This document shows, piece after piece, positions 59,557 through 64,000 of a stretch of 64,000 nucleotides of DNA; the stretch's first letter is position 1; the number at the start of each line of letters is the position of its first letter. Under the pieces are notes generated by a model. That model was not told the origin of the DNA, did no database searches, and saw nothing but the letters and a program-made list of their open reading frames with translations. This DNA is from an uncultured archaeon. GTDB taxonomy: Archaea; Thermoproteota; Nitrososphaeria; JACIWG01. Both the position numbers and the translations under genes were made by a program. The DNA lies in NCBI GenBank assembly GCA_938034445.1, contig CALHLD010000010.1:6774-70773 (forward strand), written 5' to 3'.

Positions 59557-62319
59557 TTAGCTCCATCCTCTTCTTTTAACTTTTGAAGAAAATATTATTA
59601 AAATCATAACTATAATTATTAAAATTATTAAAGCAGCTATGATGGTAACGTCTAAACCGCCCTTTGAAGGTGAAGTTGAAGTTGTTGTTTGCTGTTCTTG
59701 GCTGAAAATGTATACTATAACATCATGTGTTGAATGCTTGTATGTGAAATATATTCTGTTCCCTAAGTCCGTTTTTTCCATTAAATAGTTTATTTCTTTC
59801 TTATCGAAAAGTACTTTAGGCTTTACTTCTCCAAAATCTTTCGGAAGCATCATATTAACGTAGCCGTAGGTGCCATCCTTCCCGTTTACTTTAAAAGAAA
59901 TAGCCTGAACTGTTTCATTGTATGAGAAGTCTGTTACAGTTGAATTGGTGAATAGAAATAGTTCTAATTTTGAACCTTTAAAGTTGACGAAAAAATTGTA
60001 GGTATTCTGTTTGGGCTCAATGTGTTCTGGGTTAAGCCTCCAGGCTCCTACAAAGTCAGCACCAATATAATATACTACAAAGTCTATTGGCACCTTACTT
60101 GGACCAACGTTTAAAGTGAATACAGGGTTCGGCTTATCAGGGATTATTCCAATAACATTATCTCTTATAATAGCATATAGTGGTAAAGTTTTTCCATTCA
60201 AAGACATTATTTCGCTATGGTAGAAGGTTACAGAGCCTATTCTTTCACCTATTGCAGAATATTCTTTCACGATTATAGGCTCTAAATTGAAGACTGCATC
60301 AGACTTTAAACCAGCCTGCTCTGATAAAGGATTCGCCAGAGCTGGATTACCTACTTTAACTTCCATAACTTTAGCTTTAGCCCAAACGTCAGCTTTCATT
60401 TCAATCTTTTCTACGAGCTCGAATATAACTTTACTTCTTGGAGGGACACCGCCGTCCTTTGCTGTAGAGAGTTTTAGATAAATTTTTTCACCAACCTTGA
60501 AAATAAATCCTGAACCCTCGTTCCAATAGTCGAATAGAGGGTCATTGGTTCTAAAAAGTGCGTCCGCGACAACATTTTTGAAATCAAATTGTACTGGATC
60601 CTTACTAATGGTTGCCTTATAAATGTCACCTCGCATTCTTCCTCCAAACTCATAAAATCCTGTGGATACAGCTAACGAGACATTATAGTAAATGTTTTTG
60701 GGTGCTGGTGGACCTGGTTCTGTAGAAAAAGATATTGTGAAAGGTTCAAGTTCAAAACCGTATACATCAAGTATGTGGGATGTAAAGTTTATTACATATT
60801 TTGTTCCATGGTCTAGGTGATAGTTTGGGCTCATAACGAGTACAGTCAGATCATCTCCTGACCCTCTAAAATGGAAGAAGTCAAAGAAGTCTATTGGAAT
60901 AGAGTTTGCTGTAGCGACTATGGTGTCAGTTCTTTTGACAATTGATTCCCTATCTATTGGCTTACTAAACTTTAAAGTTATCCTAGTGTCAACGGGCAGA
61001 TTTTCACCCAATGGGCGGACATCTTCAACTATGGGCGTGTAATAGTGTAATAGTATTCCGCCAACAAACATGCCTCCAGATGGAAGCTCAAAAATTCTTG
61101 CACCAAACAATCCTTCAAGTAGCGGACGACCCCAAGGTGATTCACCGTAAAAGTTAGCTATAGTACCAGTTAATCCAGCAGATTTTGTTTGACAAATTAT
61201 ATTAAAGTATGCATAAAACTCTTTACTTGAATCAACTTCCACACTATCCCAAACTAGCATCTTTGCATCAGTTACAATCTCATCAAAGCCTAAACTTAAT
61301 GACAATTGTATGATATCGTAGGCGAATGAAACATAACCTAAAAAGTTTAAAACTTTTTTTGCTAAAGGAGATTCGAGAACCTCTTTGCCTACTTCCAAGA
61401 AAATGTCTATTGCACCTTTAGCAGAATCCTGGGCAATTAATGGTATAACTGTTCCAGTAGTGTACTTTTGATTTAGGTAAAGTGTATGATTTAGCCCAGA
61501 AAAGCATGCCTCATTTAATGTTGAGCCTGCTCCAACACCTACATCAATTTTAGCCCTATAATTTCCTTTTCCAGCAAAACTTTCTGGAGCAGCATTAAAA
61601 CCTCCAAGATAACTGAAATCTACGTAAACATCAGGTCTTCCCGACAACCTAGGAGGCTTAAAACCTTTACCGAAAACGTAAACGATACCCGATTCACTTG
61701 GACAGCCGATCGGGACATTGGCTCCAGAGGAAAGGACTGCAACACGTCCCCTTCCATTATATGTGATATCATAGGCGACCCAACCCTGTTTCCAGACAAC
61801 AATTGGAACATAATGTACCTTGGGATCCCATTCTCTTATACTAGAGAGTGTAAGGTTAAGTTTAGGAAAACCAGCTCTAGAATATAAAGTTACGTTAACG
61901 TATGAAACAAAAAGTTTTTGTGGAAGAACATAGTATATAAGATGCTTTCCTCTTCCAACAGAAGGTTTGCCATCATTTTCGTAGCCAACACGAGCTACAC
62001 CAACAATAGGTTCAACCTCAAACGTTCCACTAGGGGTGGAGACTGTAAGATTTTCTCCAATGAAAGTAAACCTTATCCAGTCACTGTTGACATCTTTAGG
62101 AGAACAGCTGATATAAAGTGAAATCTCTAATCCTGAAACATTTTTTCCAAAATAAAACCTATACTCGGACTCATCAGCACCTTCATAATATATTCTCCAA
62201 AAACTTACATCATCAAAGCCTGAAGCTCTAAGATTATAAAAGGAAACATTTATCGGAAAAATAATAGACAAAAGTACTAAAATAAAAATGAAGACTCCAA
62301 AAAACTTTCTTAACGTCAC
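59557..62319 (-). CDS. Large surface protein with Ig-like (Big_5/SbsA-type) domain and C-terminal TM anchor
   Basis: Signal peptide; ITLKFSKPID...LDHGTKYVI...FST; C-terminal YFTYKHSTH domain, TM plus KVKRR. Confidence 0.8.
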   Translation of the reverse strand: MTLRKFFGVFIFILVLLSIIFPINVSFYNLRASGFDDVSFWRIYYEGADESEYRFYFGKNVSGLEISLYISCSPKDVNSDWIRFTFIGENLTVSTPSGTFEVEPIVGVARVGYENDGKPSVGRGKHLIYYVLPQKLFVSYVNVTLYSRAGFPKLNLTLSSIREWDPKVHYVPIVVWKQGWVAYDITYNGRGRVAVLSSGANVPIGCPSESGIVYVFGKGFKPPRLSGRPDVYVDFSYLGGFNAAPESFAGKGNYRAKIDVGVGAGSTLNEACFSGLNHTLYLNQKYTTGTVIPLIAQDSAKGAIDIFLEVGKEVLESPLAKKVLNFLGYVSFAYDIIQLSLSLGFDEIVTDAKMLVWDSVEVDSSKEFYAYFNIICQTKSAGLTGTIANFYGESPWGRPLLEGLFGARIFELPSGGMFVGGILLHYYTPIVEDVRPLGENLPVDTRITLKFSKPIDRESIVKRTDTIVATANSIPIDFFDFFHFRGSGDDLTVLVMSPNYHLDHGTKYVINFTSHILDVYGFELEPFTISFSTEPGPPAPKNIYYNVSLAVSTGFYEFGGRMRGDIYKATISKDPVQFDFKNVVADALFRTNDPLFDYWNEGSGFIFKVGEKIYLKLSTAKDGGVPPRSKVIFELVEKIEMKADVWAKAKVMEVKVGNPALANPLSEQAGLKSDAVFNLEPIIVKEYSAIGERIGSVTFYHSEIMSLNGKTLPLYAIIRDNVIGIIPDKPNPVFTLNVGPSKVPIDFVVYYIGADFVGAWRLNPEHIEPKQNTYNFFVNFKGSKLELFLFTNSTVTDFSYNETVQAISFKVNGKDGTYGYVNMMLPKDFGEVKPKVLFDKKEINYLMEKTDLGNRIYFTYKHSTHDVIVYIFSQEQQTTTSTSPSKGGLDVTIIAALIILIIIVMILIIFSSKVKRRGWS

Positions 62320-62494
62320 AGTACAATGATAGAAATAATATTATTTAAATTTTTTTAATCTAGTCTTATGTTGAGACTAGATTAATTCATTATAATTTTT
62401 CCCTTAATGGATAAACTTTATCAGGTAGCTTTCCCCGTTAATGGAACATGGATCTCAAAACTTACCGCTCACTAAAATATGAGAGTATAAAAGG

Positions 62495-62660
62495 TTTGAG
62501 GGTGAAGGGCTGGAAAGACTTCATTTATGACCTAATAAGAAGGAGGAATCTTAAGGATTAAGATTTTGTTTTCCTTAACTTCGAAGAGCCTGTTGAAATA
62601 GGAGGCTTGGATGATGCTATTATAGGACACCATGAAATATATAATAGGAAACCAATTTAC
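62495..62660 (+). pseudogene. Decayed AAA_14-type ATPase fragment
   Basis: RAGKTSF (Walker A), then a shifted frame YDLIRRRNLKD*DFVFLNFEEP. Confidence 0.45.
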
Positions 62661-62732
62661 GAAATCTTTTTTGTAAATCTTTTCAAATTTTTAAAATAAA
62701 CGTTTATAGGTATGGTTTAGCTAGGTTTAGCT

Positions 62733-63014
62733 TTGGGTGGATTTGGTTTGACTTTAAGGTTAAAAGTGGGTAGAAAAGGTTACATCCTTCTCCCTAAAGC
62801 TATTCGAGACGCCCTTGGTATTAGTGAAGGCGACGAGCTTGTTGTTGAGGTTGGGGAAGGAATTCTCTTAAAGCCGGCTAAAAGGAAGGTCAACATAGAC
62901 TACTTGAATACCGCCTTCACGAGGCACGTGGAGAGGTTAAGGAGGATTGAGAACAGGATTGAGCCTAAACCAGGTGAACTTGCCGAGGTCTGTCTTGAGG
63001 AAGAGTTCGAGTAA
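62733..63014 (+). CDS. vapB: AbrB/MazE-family antitoxin
   Basis: KVGRKGYILLPKAIRDALGISEGDEL. Confidence 0.9.
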   Translation: MGGFGLTLRLKVGRKGYILLPKAIRDALGISEGDELVVEVGEGILLKPAKRKVNIDYLNTAFTRHVERLRRIENRIEPKPGELAEVCLEEEFE

Positions 63015-63016
63015 TT

Positions 63017-63430
63017 ATGCGCGCCTTTTTAGATGCCAATCTATTGATATACCTTAATACTATAACAGATAAAAGTCTTAGGCTTGTCTATGAAAACTTG
63101 TATACAAAGGTTGTTGACGAACATAGGCTTTACACTGATGTTTTGGTGCTTGATGAGGTTATATATGTTTCTAGAAAAAGGTATAATGTACCATTTAGGG
63201 TGACTCTAGAATTCTTAAACGAAATTGTTAAGCCCTTCGTAAACGTAATCTCCTTAGGAGAGGAAGAATATGATATTGCGGCAAACATAATTTCAGAACA
63301 TAACATAGTGCCTTCAGACGCTCTTCATCTCGGTGCAATGAAAAATAATAACATAGCTACAATAGTTTCAGAAGATAGAGAGTTAGATAAAATCGGATGG
63401 GTTAAAAGGGTTTGGTTAACCACACCATAA
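63017..63430 (+). CDS. vapC: VapC PIN-domain toxin
   Basis: FLDANLLIY, VLDE, SDALH, SEDRELD. Confidence 0.92.
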   Translation: MRAFLDANLLIYLNTITDKSLRLVYENLYTKVVDEHRLYTDVLVLDEVIYVSRKRYNVPFRVTLEFLNEIVKPFVNVISLGEEEYDIAANIISEHNIVPSDALHLGAMKNNNIATIVSEDRELDKIGWVKRVWLTTP

Positions 63431-63776
63431 TCTAATGGATTAGATGACAGTTTAGAGAAAAATGAAATATTGTTTACGCCCTTACCTAGTTTTGCAATGA
63501 CTTTTTTATCTAATTCTTTCTACTGAGATGCCTTTTAAATGATTTTAAGGAAAGAAGGGGGAACCAGTAATCTATTCCCTGTATCTTCTCCAACTATATT
63601 CTTTTCCAATATGTCATCAAACTCATAGTTACAAGAATTATTAGTAGGTAGTAAACCAAATATTATGAAAGGTTTACCATTTCATAGAGAACTAAAGTTA
63701 ACCCAATGGCGACCATTAGTGGTCGATACTTAGATAATTTTTAAATAAAAGGGTCATAAAGGGAATATGTGCTATC

Positions 63777-64000
63777 ATGCTTTCGTATGATTCTGTTAAA
63801 GTCGGCGCCTCCCTCGAAGAAATAGATACTCCGGCACTATTAATCAATCTTGACGCTCTTGAAAAGAACATTAGGTTAGTAGGTGAATACTATAGGACTA
63901 AGAATGGAGCACTTTTACCTCACCAGAAGGGCCATAGGCTACCTATTATTGCTAGGAAGCAGATCGATGCTGGAGCTAAAGGTGTTTCAATGACTTCATT
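63777..64000 (+). CDS. DSD1/D-threonine aldolase-like PLP enzyme (alanine racemase fold), 3'-truncated by the window edge
   Basis: Hand translation: MLSYDSVKVGASLEEIDTPALLINLDALEKNI...LLPHQKGHRLPIIARKQIDAGAKGV. Confidence 0.85.
   Translation, partial: MLSYDSVKVGASLEEIDTPALLINLDALEKNIRLVGEYYRTKNGALLPHQKGHRLPIIARKQIDAGAKGVSMTS

Noticed and set aside
755-62121. Numerous 60-150 aa ORFs nested in or antisense to recognised genes (e.g. 755..1156, 6681..7133, 31602..32012, 44701..45138)
   Set aside because: Shadow frames of well-supported genes, with no motifs.
1-64000. CRISPR array, tRNA or rRNA genes
   Set aside because: No regularly spaced repeat-spacer run and no cloverleaf or rRNA-like GC-rich stretch seen by eye.

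Overview
AT-rich archaeal chromosome segment. The gene set points to a TACK/Thermoproteota-type, probably anaerobic heterotroph: CdvB/ESCRT-III, FEN1, Pth2, deoxyhypusine synthase, Taw3, AMP phosphorylase, tungsten-type AOR, class II RNR and ThyX. Most of the window is housekeeping or metabolic, interrupted by accessory patches (HEPN-MNT, VapBC, archaeal ATPases, surface proteins, several pseudogenes). No rRNA, tRNA or CRISPR array was seen. The best candidate for an undescribed system is at the left edge (1-3533): a tightly coupled operon end encoding a large coiled-coil/winged-helix protein, a stand-alone archaeosine-synthase (ArcS/DUF5591-type) catalytic domain and a minimal TGT-fold transglycosylase without tRNA-binding domains. 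It is followed by a decayed nuclease-like remnant. This suggests a 7-deazaguanine (preQ0/archaeosine-type) DNA-modification or defence module. Other notable items: an apparently inactive LAGLIDADG-HTH protein, a promoter-associated RNA hairpin hiding an SD and mini-ORF, a GGLDVT-TM-basic C-terminal signal shared by two surface proteins, a small Gly-Gly-ending protein next to AOR, and several operator-like repeats. All family calls come from reading motifs by eye; no database searches were run.
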